Shown in pieces: positions 1 to 11,100 of a stretch of 64,000 nucleotides of DNA. Below the pieces are notes generated by a model, which did no database searches, was not told where the DNA came from, and worked only from the letters and a program-made list of their open reading frames with translations. The stretch's first letter is position 1. Each line of letters opens with the position of its first letter. A program made the position numbers and the translations under genes. The DNA comes from Patescibacteria group bacterium. Lineage in GTDB: Bacteria; Patescibacteriota; Patescibacteriia; Patescibacteriales; JBAZCA01. The stretch spans positions 200,120-264,119 of the forward strand of contig JBAZCA010000001.1 of assembly GCA_041671125.1 (NCBI GenBank). The letters are read 5' to 3'.

Positions 1-1
1 T

Positions 2-775
2 AAGTTTAAAAATAATATCTTGTATTTGTCTAAGCTCGCTTTTATTATATTCGGCCCTGCTAGTGCTATTTTTAATTTCCCGAAATAATTTTTCTAATCT
101 TTTTTCAAGTCCTTCTTTTTCAAAAGCATCTTTAAAATTCCCCATTATTTCATCAATTCCCTGAAAATAGGCTGATAATGAAGGTATTAGAATTCCCAGA
201 AAATATTCAGATATTGTTTTATTAGAATGCCAATACAAGGCTATGCCAGCGCTGAAAATTAGAATTAGCAAAACGACAATTGCCAGTGCGAAAGATCTTC
301 GTTGTCGTGAGTCCCAAACTAAATTAGACCTTTGGCAAAAAAGTATATCCAAGGGATAAGTCAAATCTTTTAAATCACCATACCAATTTTCTAAACATTT
401 TCTATCAGCTTTATATCTCCTTTCGGCAGAGGTAATTTTTTCCGGCCAACAGCTTTCCTTTGCGAGAATAAAATTCCAAGGCAAATTATAGACCGAGGTG
501 TCAAATTCTTCCTGAATCAAAGCTGCACTTTTTTTCTTATCGTTTTCAATAGATTTAATAACAAAGGCGAAAATTGACCATAAACACCCTATTATGGCTA
601 AGGGAATTATTAATTTTGTAGTAAAAAAGAAGATTAGCGGAGAAATTATTGTTAGTAATGTTGTTCCTAAAATTCTAATATTCCGGATCTTTTTAGCTTC
701 GCTATAAAGTTGCCGTTGTGCCGTAAGAAGTTTTAAATTTTGTGGTAAGTTTTGCTGAATTTTTATATTGCTCAT
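2..775 (-). CDS. CBASS-type four-TM membrane effector (S-4TM-like). Partial: the C-terminus lies beyond the left window edge. Absent from the supplied ORF track.
   Basis: Own translation of the minus strand from the ATG at 775-773 gives MSNIKIQQNLPQNLKLLTAQRQLYSEAKKIRNIRILGTTLLTIISPLIFFFTTKLIIPLAIIGCLWSIFAFVIKSIENDKKK... There are 258 sense codons and no stop before position 2, so the ORF is not closed in the window. Two hydrophobic helix pairs sit at about aa 34-72 and aa 166-211, followed by a charged helical tail. The ATG lies 6 nt after the stop of the upstream nucleotidyltransferase gene (TAA-AGAGCT-ATG). Confidence 0.6.
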   Translation of the reverse strand, partial: MSNIKIQQNLPQNLKLLTAQRQLYSEAKKIRNIRILGTTLLTIISPLIFFFTTKLIIPLAIIGCLWSIFAFVIKSIENDKKKSAALIQEEFDTSVYNLPWNFILAKESCWPEKITSAERRYKADRKCLENWYGDLKDLTYPLDILFCQRSNLVWDSRQRRSFALAIVVLLILIFSAGIALYWHSNKTISEYFLGILIPSLSAYFQGIDEIMGNFKDAFEKEGLEKRLEKLFREIKNSTSRAEYNKSELRQIQDIIFKL

Positions 776-781
776 AGCTCT

Positions 782-1663
782 TTAGTAATAATAAGAAGGG
801 AATTTATAATCAAAGACGAGATCCCACCAATCAAACGCATCTTCTGTATCGCCATCATCTTCAGCGTCAACAGCTTTCTCGGCTCTTGTAAATGCTCTCT
901 CAAGTTTTGATAATGCGTCTTTTTTTCTTTCCTCACTCGTACAAGATTCAATATATCCCGAAATGCCTATTGGGTCGACCATCGAGGCTAATTCACACTC
1001 TAACATTTCTTCAAATACATATTTAATATCGATTGGGTAAAGAATTGATGACTCTTTTGATGCATATTTGGCAACTCTCATTTCAATATAAAAGGAGGAT
1101 ATCGGCACTTTCTTATAGTATTTCCAAGCTTTTATAAATCTTATTAAAGGCTTAACCTTTAAAAATAATTCTCTCTTTAAATTTATTTTCTTAACATATT
1201 CATTATGTGCAGTTGGCCCAGCTCTCATCCACCCTCCTCCCGGAGAAGGAATGTCATAAATACTAAAGCCATTTTCACTTTTTATATAATCAGCGGGAAT
1301 TACTTCCGTTGTTTCTGAAGCATGATTTCCGAAAGGAATTACAACCGCAGGGCTATTCACATGTATACCCTTAGTGTTTGGAAATCTGTTTTCTAAAGCC
1401 TCTTTTATTTTTTTTAAACTATATGCTGAATTTTTATGCAAATTATTCGTCGGTATGCTCGCGAAATAATCGACGTCACTATATCCATATATGCTCGTTC
1501 CATGACCAATGGATCCAGTTCTAAAAAAATTTTTGAGTCCAAAATTTGTTTCAAGACATCTTTTAATTGATTCCCTATGACTCGCTAACAGTTCCGATTC
1601 AGTTTTAATTAATTTTAATTTTTTATGAAACTCATCGAATCCCTCGACAATTGTTCTAGGCAT
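782..1663 (-). CDS. SMODS / cGAS-DncV-like nucleotidyltransferase (CD-NTase-like cyclase of a type I CBASS-like cassette)
   Basis: 293-aa ORF. It carries the Pol-beta-type signature ..RTGSIGHGTSIYGYSDVDYF.. (G-S ... D-x-D) and a later acidic strand ..TEVIPADY.. The C-terminal helical part ..LIRFIKAWKYYKKVPISSFYIEM.. is typical of SMODS proteins. A 4-TM protein gene follows directly. Confidence 0.7.
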   Translation of the reverse strand: MPRTIVEGFDEFHKKLKLIKTESELLASHRESIKRCLETNFGLKNFFRTGSIGHGTSIYGYSDVDYFASIPTNNLHKNSAYSLKKIKEALENRFPNTKGIHVNSPAVVIPFGNHASETTEVIPADYIKSENGFSIYDIPSPGGGWMRAGPTAHNEYVKKINLKRELFLKVKPLIRFIKAWKYYKKVPISSFYIEMRVAKYASKESSILYPIDIKYVFEEMLECELASMVDPIGISGYIESCTSEERKKDALSKLERAFTRAEKAVDAEDDGDTEDAFDWWDLVFDYKFPSYYY

Positions 1664-1692
1664 AGATTTTAAACTGACTTTATTACACCGTC

Positions 1693-1721
1693 ATTTTCCC
1701 ACTAATATATTGATAAGTCAA
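1693..1721 (-). promoter_or_regulatory. Candidate sigma-70 promoter for the CD-NTase cassette
   Basis: The minus strand reads TTGACT, a 17-nt spacer, then GAAAAT. It sits about 30 nt upstream of the ATG at 1663. The -10 element is weak. Confidence 0.3.
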
Positions 1722-1746
1722 CAAAAATAAGGCCTTTTAGCCTTAT
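1722..1746 (-). terminator. Rho-independent terminator-like hairpin downstream of the MBL gene fragment
   Basis: The minus strand reads ATAAGGC-TAAAAG-GCCTTAT, a 7-bp stem, followed by TTTTTG. Confidence 0.5.
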
Positions 1747-1816
1747 TACATAGTTAATATAAAAAATTCTTATTTAATCTTCTCCACTATTTCAAACCTA
1801 ATTGGTATAACATTGT

Positions 1817-2107
1817 TCATAACACATGGTCATCGTGAGGGTGCGATAAAATCATCAAATCAATTTGCTTGTCCCAAGGCGGCATGACATCCGACAATCG
1901 CTCAACCAACCGGGAGTTAGGTCCCCCGTCTATTAAGATATTCTGCCCGTCCGGGGCTTTAATAAGTATCGCGTCTCCCTGGCCGACATCTAAAAAGTCC
2001 GCTTCCAGCTTTTTCGGCGGATGGTAAAAAATCCCGAACAAAAAAACCGCCCCCAAGATCGCCGCGGCGCCGGAAAAAATTATTAGCAATTTTACTCTAT
2101 GGCTCAT
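1817..2107 (-). pseudogene. Truncated ComEC/Rec2-type metallo-beta-lactamase domain gene (N-terminal 96 aa only)
   Basis: A signal-anchor helix is followed by ..FLDVGQGDAILIKAPDGQNILIDGG.. and ..ILSHPHDDH.. The ORF stops two codons after the HxHxDH motif, whereas an MBL fold needs more than 200 aa. The stop coincides with an abrupt switch to AT-rich sequence. Confidence 0.6.
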
Positions 2108-2137
2108 TTTCCCCTGGTTAACCGGTAATCATGCCGC

Positions 2138-2166
2138 GCGGAGGCGAGACGGCGTCTCGCCTCCGC
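2138..2166 (-). terminator. Perfect 13-bp GC-rich hairpin just after the stop of the 2979-aa gene
   Basis: GCGGAGGCGAGAC-GGC-GTCTCGCCTCCGC. There is no U-tract on the minus strand, so terminator function is uncertain. Confidence 0.35.
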
Positions 2167-2176
2167 TTAATTATAA

Positions 2177-5100
2177 CTATTTTATCTCTATATTTTTCCG
2201 AAGTTCCACATTCTTTTTGAGTTCCACCGGCGAAACGTCCATTGTTGTGCTGAACATTATCCAGCCGCCGTATCCGGTGCCAGCAGAATTGGTCGCGTAT
2301 GACCGGATGTAATAGGTCGTGTCGTGAGTGAATCCGGCCAAAGGCAAGGAAAAGACTCCTGTTGAAAACGACCCTGTTTCGTGCGTCTCCCAAGTACCGG
2401 TTTCGGTAAGCCCGTATTCAAAACCGCGCGCAATAACGGTTGATCCGCCAATACTGGTAATATCGGCATTGGCTGACGCGCCAGTGTCGGTTATGGAAGA
2501 AACGGCGCTGGTGGTTATATCCGGTGTCGGGTCTCTATAACCTCTGTCCGCAGTTGAAGTTTGGCTGACTGAACCGGTAGCGCTTAATATGCAGTGAAAA
2601 TACCGCCCGCTCCCGTCAGTCGGCGCGCCGGTGTCGTTGTAGGGATTAGTGATTCCTCCGCTGATATCGGAATAAGAGGCGTCTGAATCGTCGGCGGATC
2701 TTTGCCACTGGTAAGTAAGGCTTTGCGCTCCCCGATAACCCGTATCCGTGAGACTGTCGGGACTGTCGCCGGACGCGTTAAAAGCGACAACTTTATAAAC
2801 ATGAGTTGTCCCGTTGGCCGCGCTTTCGCCGGAAAGAGACAGCGCGACATATTCCTTATTCGTTCCGTCTGTGGCGCCGGCCGTTCCAGGCGTAATCACC
2901 GGGGGATCAGCGCCACTGTCATTGTATGTCGCGACGTCACCCAGGTCGCCGGAGACGCTAACATCATCCCGATAGACCCTGTAACCGGTGGCACCGGTGG
3001 ATTTAGTCCAGGTAACAACAACTTTTTCGCCGTAAGTCTCGTCAGTAGCCGCTACGTCAGATGGTTGGTCAGGAGGAAGGAGATAGTCTATACTTACCTC
3101 GGAAAGATACGGACTGACATTGGTGTCGGTTGCGGAAACAATGGCGCGATATTGGATGTAGCGGCTGTCCGTGCTGATGATGTTGGAAGTCGCCGCCGGA
3201 TCAGTAAGATAATTGGAAACCGATTCAAAATCATCCAGATATATATTTCTTCCTCCCAAGCCGTCGGTAAGGCGAAGAGTGAGATTTGTGGAAGCGTTGA
3301 TTTGATCATCCATTGCGCCGGTCAAATCCCAATATTCCCTTTGCCATTTGAAGACGGTGGCGTTCACCGTAAACCCGCCAGCAGGAAAAGTGGAACCGGC
3401 GTCCCAAGCGGATATTGTCACTGCGCCAGTGGAAGCGGCAACGGCCGTTGTTGTCCCTTGGGCGATATATTCCGTACCATTATAGTTTTCTTTGACGATG
3501 ACTTTATCACCGGTGTAGAGGTTGTCGCCTTTGTTGGTAGCGCCGTATGTTTGGGAATTGACAGTAAAGGATAAATCGTTGGTGTCAGCAATCAGATTGC
3601 CGGAGTCCAGCGACGCGGCAAAATCAATGGTGATAGGATGAGTGCGGCGACCGACTTCATAGGCTTGGCGGATTTCGGCGGCGGTACGGGCGGTATTGGA
3701 AATTCGAACTTCATCAATCAAACCGTTAAAAGCATCATTGGCATTTTGATCACCGAATATATAGGTATAGCCAGAAGGGGTATTAGGAACGCTAGCCGAT
3801 CCTGAGTAAAAAAGTGCTCCGTTAAGATAGCCGTACAACGTTCCGTTATCTCTTTTCATTACTATATGATTCCAACTGTTTGAACTTAGAGCTATATTTG
3901 TATCAACATCAATGACTCCCCCATATAAAAAGTGGATCTGGTGAGAATCACTGGAGTTCAAGTATATTCCCCAGCCCGAAGTTCCCGAATTGCCATTATA
4001 AACTAAATATTGACCATATCCCGTGCTGCTGCCGCTCCAATTAACCCATGTATCAATAGTAAAATTATTAGTTGCGGTGGTAACCACAGATCCCGTTGTG
4101 ATTTTATTTGTAGTAGCAGTATAATTTCTTGCTTTTCCAATTTTACCTTGGCTAAATGTCGTTCCAGTCGGCGTGCCATTATTTCCACTGCTTGAAGAAT
4201 CTTTGATATACGCTCCGGATCCGGATTGTTCTTCCAAATGCCAAAGTCCGACTGTATTGGCGTCCGGTTCATAATTGGCAAAAGCCGATTCACCGACTGT
4301 AGTTTCAAGATAGGTTCCCGGGCGATCGGCGGCAATATAGAACGGCAGTTTGGACGCGGAAGATAAATCAGTGGAAGAAATCGTCCGACTTAACCGATGA
4401 TCGCGTCCAGCGCGATAGGCTTCAGCGATTTCTTCGGCGGTGCGGGCTGTGTTAGAAAGTTTGATTTCGTCCATAGACCCATGAAAAAAACTTCCTCCGG
4501 CATTATCTTTACCTATAAGAAGAGAAGTGCTAATACCTCCGTTAGTCCAGGCTTTTGTTACAGAATTCTCCAGTGCTCCATCGATATAAATTTTAAGAGC
4601 CGTGCTGTCATATTGGCCAACAACAAGATGCCACTTGCCATCCGCAATGTTAGTAGTTCCTACCACCGATGCTTCAACACTGGAAGAATATATATAGACT
4701 GCCGCTTTTCCGGTTGTTTGCTCAACATAAGTTATAAAACCTTGAGCCGCGCTGCCTCGGTTATCCAAAATCGCCTGGTTACCTGCGGTATATGTTGTTT
4801 TTATCCACGTTGATGCTGAAAAATTTCCTGCGCCTATTGCCGGAATAGTAGCAGAAATGTAATCACTCGTTCCGTTAAAACTCCTTGCCTTCCCGGCAAA
4901 TCCGTCCGTAACCGTTGTTCCGGCTCCCCCCGCTATTCCATTACGCCCGTTCCCCGAAGAATCATAAGCGGTCGAACCGACCCCGACATTGGTTTCATCC
5001 AGATGCCAAAGGCCGACGGTATTGGCATCCGTTTGCGGCGCGCCTACAGAAGTCTGTAATGATCCTGTTCCCTCCTGCTTGGCCTGCGATTGTAATTTTT

Positions 5101-8100
5101 TAGTATAAGCAACCGGAGTAGTGATGCCAGAAAGGGAAGAAGAATAATTAACCGCGATGCGGCCGGATCCTCCAGCTCCCCCGTTATATCCCGATGCGAT
5201 TGTTCCTCCGGAACCGCCACTGGCAGTAACTGAACCGGAAATACCAACCGAGTTTCCGTCCAGGCGAATTGTGCCTCCACTGCCTCCTCCTGAACCCCCC
5301 GAGTACCTGGCACCGGAAACATAACAATAAAGCCCAGCTAAACCATTGTCTCCATTATTGGCAATAGATCCCGCCACGCTTATGGCATTACCGCTAATAT
5401 AAGCTATTCCTCCTCCATCGCCCTCGCCGCTAGCGCCCGAACGGCCGCAACTCCACCCGTCTCCGCCGCCGCCTCCGCCGGAGCCCAAAAAAATATTTGA
5501 TAGTTCGCTTGATCCTAACGTTCCGCCGCCTCCGCCGCCACCGGCATTAGTGCTATTGCCGTTTCCGCCAGATCCGCTTGCATAACTTCCAGAGCCGCCG
5601 TTATTTATTCCATAACCGCCTCCGCCGCCAGTTCCATAGCCTCCGCCTCCGCCGCCGCTTCCATAATTTCCAGCATAACCGCCTCCGCCACCCGCGCCTC
5701 CTAACGCGCTTCCGCTCCCTCCTGTTGAATTCACAGCGCTTCCTCCGCCAATCCCTCCCCCTCCTCCGCCTGAACCTCCGGAGGCATACCAATTGCCATT
5801 ACCGGCAGCTCCGCCAAAACTATTTCCTCCATAAGCCATTCCCGTTGATCCTGCCGTAAATCCTTTTCCTGTAACACTGACCGCTCCGCCGCTATTCACT
5901 GTTACCGTTCCATTAGATCTGAAAAACAACACTCCATTTTTCGTTCCGTTCCAGGCCGTAATAGTGAGAGTGGCCGCCGCGCTGCAACCTCCGCCTGTAT
6001 TTCCTCCGCAAACAGTAACATTTCCAAAATTTGGCACTCTTTGTACCATAATTTTTTGAGTGGTTCCGTCATAAGTATTTTTGAGAGGATAGTCGGTGAA
6101 GTTCAAATCATTAGTAGAAATAGAAGAGATAATATGAGTCTCATATTGGCCGACGGAGTTGTAGTTAGTGCTTGTTCCTTGGAGATTAATAATGAGGATT
6201 TCGTCACCCGCGGCGAGTCCAGTTGGGGTAGCGGAAACCGTGACTGATGTCTCTCCCGTTTTTTCCAAAGTGGTGTCGGAAAAATTTACCGCGTAGGCCG
6301 TAGCTCTGGCACTGCTATTGCAAACAGCTGAACCGGCGTCAGAATCCAATGTTTTGGTGCCGTTATCAATGATGCAATCCCCGTCATCGCCAGTACCAAT
6401 GTTTATTCCGCCGACTTTACTGATGGTTGAGTCTGAATTCATATAAGAATCAACCTGCCAGGCAGTTGATTCCGTATCCATTGACGCAATCTGTGTCTCC
6501 GTTCCTGCGCCTGCCGGTTTCCAGGCTTCCCAGTTATAGTCGTCAGTGGGAATGATATAATCAAGGGTAACGTCATCCAAAACCGGAGTGTCTGTACTAT
6601 CGCCGCCAAAAGCAATTTTATAATAGAAATTGGCGCTAGCGGTCCAGCCGGACAACGTGATGGTATTGTTTACCCCCGTAGTCAGTGTTTCCGAACCGGA
6701 ACCCTTGTCTTTGTTGTACCAATTAGTCCCGTCCTGGCTAAATTGGATCGTGGCGGTTGTACTGCCGGGCTTGGCGGAAAGATTATAGACAAATGAGGTA
6801 ATGGAATTCACACTGCTCACGCCCGTCAACAGGTTAGTAGAAATAACTGTGCCGGACGTTTGATAACCCACCAAGTCTCCCTGAGCGGTATATGCCGTGG
6901 GACTCGTTGTGCCGGAAGGTGCAGAGTTATAATAAACAGCTATGCGACCCGAACCGCCGGCACCACCGCCGCCAGCGTTGGAACTGCCAGTGCCACCGCT
7001 CGCTGTAACCCTTGATGTATTCAAAGTAGCTGTATTTCCTTGAATCAAAATACTTCCCCCGGAAGATCCTCCTTTTCCGCCCGTACCATATGTGCTTGAA
7101 GCTTCGGCTGCATTCGCGCCATTGGCAGTAATTGATCCGGAATTATCAACTACAAGATTATTACAAAAAATTGCAATTATCCCTCCGGAACTATTATTTA
7201 CTTGTCCCGCGCCCGGACTACCAAAATATAATTGAGAAAGATTTTCTGCTCCATAGGCAACACCTCCTGCTCCGCCTCCGCCTCCGCCGCCGCCGCCAAT
7301 AGTCCAATTTCCACAAGTATCAGCGCCATTTCCTCCGACCGTACTGCCATTTACTCCATTACAATTTCCGGTATAGCTTGCCCCTCCTTTGCCTCCGCCG
7401 CCGGCTGTTCCATATCCTCCTCCTCCGCCGCCGCCGCCTCCGCCGCCGACACCTGTTTCGTCGCCAATCACGCCAGGAGCTCCGCCTGCTGCTGAACCTC
7501 CATTTCCTCCTGCTCCACCATACCAACTTCCTCCTCCGCCGCCGCCCGATCCTCCCGCCCCGCTATAGCCGATACTTCCTCCTCCGCCACCGCCGCCAAA
7601 ATAGACATTATTGCCATTATGAGAGCTACCGCCATTACCGCTTCCGGCACCTGCGCCACCGCCGGCACCGCCGCCGCCACCATTACCGCCATAGCCAATC
7701 GCCCCTAAACCTTTAGTACCTCCGCTAGAAGCTCCGTCCACTCCGTTTTGTCCAGTACCGCCATTATTGGCGCCATTGCCTCCATCTCCACCACCGGTAG
7801 TACCCCCTGTTCCCTTGACCCCAATGGGTCTGGTGGAATATTGTCCGCCTCCGCCTCCGCCTCCGCCTCCATAAGCATAAGTACCTCTGTATGTCTCACT
7901 ATTATTATAGCCAAGCGTTTCGGCGGATACTTTTCCTCCATTATTCACTGTTGCCGTCCCATTGGCATAAAAAGCCACGATTCCGGTATAAAAACCGGCG
8001 TTGCCAGTCGGCGCAGTGGCGAGAGCATCCCATCCTGAAGCCGTGATCGTTCCCCCATTTTCCACAGTCACATTGGTATATTGAGGAATGCGCTGAACAA

Positions 8101-11100
8101 CCACTTTTTGGTTGGTATAAGAATTGCCGGAACCGTCATAGTCTTTGGTCGGAGCGGAAGTTACGTAAATATTGGCGGAAGAAACCGAGGAAACCGTCAG
8201 AACTTCATAATTGCCCACGCTGCCGTAATCAGCGGATGCACCTTGAAGATCAACCAGCAAAATTTTATCGCCGGCTACGATTCCGGGAGCGTTGGTTGTC
8301 GCGGTGATGGTCGTTCCTGATATGCCGCTCACTCTATAGGCGATGCCATCGGCGTAGGCGCTGTTGTCATCGCCGTCCGCGCCCAAACTTTCAGTGTTAA
8401 GGTTTTTACTGGCGGAAACCGTCAGCGCGCCGTCCGATCCGTCGCCGACATAAACTCCGGTTTGCAGTTTTAGTTGGCCTCCGGCAACTTGATAGTTGGA
8501 AGATGAGCCAGTGTTGATTTTAGTCGTGTCGGCATAGGAATCAGCGACAGTAGCTGATTGAGAACTGGAAGCGGAAGATGCCGTTCTTGTCTGAATTTCA
8601 ATATTCCCGGCGTTGTAGTTGACAAGAATTTCTTCGGCGGAAATGGCGCGAGAATAGACGCGAACGGAGTCAATAGTACCATTAAAATACTGTGATAAAC
8701 CATTTCTAACACCAACTAAAAGATTCGTTGAAGTTACGGAGTCAATAGTACCGCCTGCCGTATTTGAATTCTTTAAAACACCGTTAAGATAAGAATAAAT
8801 AGTAGTTCCGGAATGAACAAGCGTAAAGTGATACCACTCTCCCTGATTGGTATAGCCAAAACAAACTGTTCTCCATGTTCCGCCGTCATATGTCCAGCGA
8901 GCGCCCAATATATTTGTTCCGCAATCACCCCAATAAATCTCATAATTTGACCTGTCAGGAGATGCTTGCCTTTTGGAAATTATCTGTCCGGTCGCGGCTC
9001 CTGACAATTTAAACCAACCCTCTATAGTAAAATCGTTATTTCCTAAATCAAGACTGGAATTATTGGAAAAATCCACATAATCATTTGTCCCGTCGAACAT
9101 CAAAGCTCCCGCTCCCCATCTCCGGTTGTCCGCTGTCCAACCTGTTCCGGCGGCGGCGTCGCGCGATCCGGTGGACGCGAAGCTGGTGAGCGTTCCGTCG
9201 CAATTGGCCGGCGTTCCGCCGCAAGAAGTCCCCTCCGCGTCATTGTTGGCCGCCGTGCCGGAAGCTTCATTGAAATTCCATTGCGCCACCAGGCCAGTGG
9301 AAGAAGAAAGCGTTTCCCCGTCTCCGGTTTGATTGCCGTTTTCCGTCCATTGGATGGTCTGCCAGTCAACGCCGTTTATTCCCCCGTCAATAACCGGAGA
9401 AGTATAAATTCCATAAGGGCTCCTTTGCGCGTCAGCTTTAATTTCTTCGGGAGTGCGGGCGACATTAGAAATGCGGACTTCGTCAATGACACCGTCAAAT
9501 CTGTTGGTGCTATTATACCACTCTCCGATATACAGAGTTGCGACAGACTGGGTAGACGCGGAAATAGTAATAGCCATGGATCCTTCCAAAACACCATTGA
9601 TATATAAATAAGTTTTTGACCCGTCGCTCACCCCCGCAACATGATACCATCTGCCCGCGATTATCGTCTGGGTGCTGGTAATATCGTTAGCCGCCACAGC
9701 TTGTTTAAATACGCTGAACACAACCTTGCCGTTACTGTCCAGATAAAGAGTGTAGCCAAATTCGTTGGAAACATTTTCCTGTTTGTTAATAATAATCCTT
9801 GAAGTTGTCGCATCAGCATAAAACCAGGCTTCAGCCGTGAAAGCGCTGGCTTGATTAAAATCCAAAGAAGTGCTGTGCGCCACCGTCGCGTAATCGTTCG
9901 TTCCGTCAAAAGCTCTCGCCGCCAATCCTAATCTTTGGCTGGTTGTTTCAATTGTCGTTCCGGATTCAGTCGCGTGATTTCCGTTTCCGGAACTGTCGCA
10001 AGCATCCTGTCCGGCAGAACAGGAATCATTGGCAGTTTCATTCATATGCCAGAGTCCGACCGTATTTTTGTCCGCCGGCAGTTCGTGATAGTAGCTTTCC
10101 AGCTTCGGACTGGCTCCCGATCCGGAGTCATAAATTCTGTTTTTCACGCCTGTAAATTCACTCGACTCGTCATGCACCACACTCGGATCGATCCGAATCG
10201 GAAACTTTCTGGCCGGATCGTTGAGCCACTTTTGGGAAGGCTTAATAATCACACTATATTTCTGACTATCATCGCCAGCCAAAGCCGTTTTTATCATTGA
10301 AAATTGATTTTTTAAAATTGATTGAAAATTATTTTCGCTATCCATTCCCACTTTCTCATCCTTAATTTCTTTGATCTGCATCACAATCTCATCTGATTTA
10401 TTCCCCACTGCATCAATCATTACCGGTTTCAAAAAGTGAAAAGCGTATTTTCCTGTTTTTTTATCAACAAAAGCCGGCGAATAAATTCCTTCCGCCACCT
10501 TGATTGGTTCCACGTTTTTCCCTTCCAAAGAAAATTCCCAGACCGGCCCGACAAATTTTTTCGTCTTTTTAGACGCAAAATTTTGCGTCTCCATGGCTTT
10601 TTTGTCTTTCAAAACAATTTCTTCCTTCACGCCATGATCGATAATCTCATAAGTCAGATCGGTTTGAGGCAAAACATCTTTTATTATTAATTTATCTTTG
10701 TTAAATTTGTCTTCTTTGGAATTTTGGATTTGAGATTTATTCGTTATTTGTGATTTGTCATTTGTCATTTCAGCGTCCAACGCCATAGCCAGACTGTCAC
10801 CTCCCACCGAAAAATTCACCCACGATTTGGACGGATCTTTCTTGTCCAAAAATCCCACCTGAAAATCACGATTGATATTTTGGTATTCATACTCTCCGCC
10901 CCAACTGTTTTTTGAAATATCATAGTTTATCTTCACCGACCGATTCTTGAGCCAACGCCAAGCGAACGGCGAACCGGCTATGATTGCCAAAAGAAAAACA
11001 GTCGCCCCGATGCGCTTCCAATCAAAACGCATTTTTTTTCGGTCGACAAAAAGCAGAAAGAAACGGCGGGCTAATTTATTCATTTTTAAAACTATTTTTT

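Noticed and set aside
2118-2540. Small ORFs overlapping the 3-prime end of the 2979-aa gene (2118-2393, 2257-2469, 2328-2540)
   Set aside because: They are nested in or antisense to the giant ORF or its terminator hairpin and have no motifs.
5578-7716. Arg/Leu/His-rich and Ala-rich ORFs (5578-5859, 5601-5792, 7232-7716 and others)
   Set aside because: They are frame-shifted or antisense readings of GGN/GCC-rich poly-glycine coding sequence and have no independent support.
5140-7890. Collagen-like triple-helix repeats in the glycine-rich blocks
   Set aside because: There is no regular G-X-Y periodicity, and the long uninterrupted G runs are not compatible with a collagen helix.
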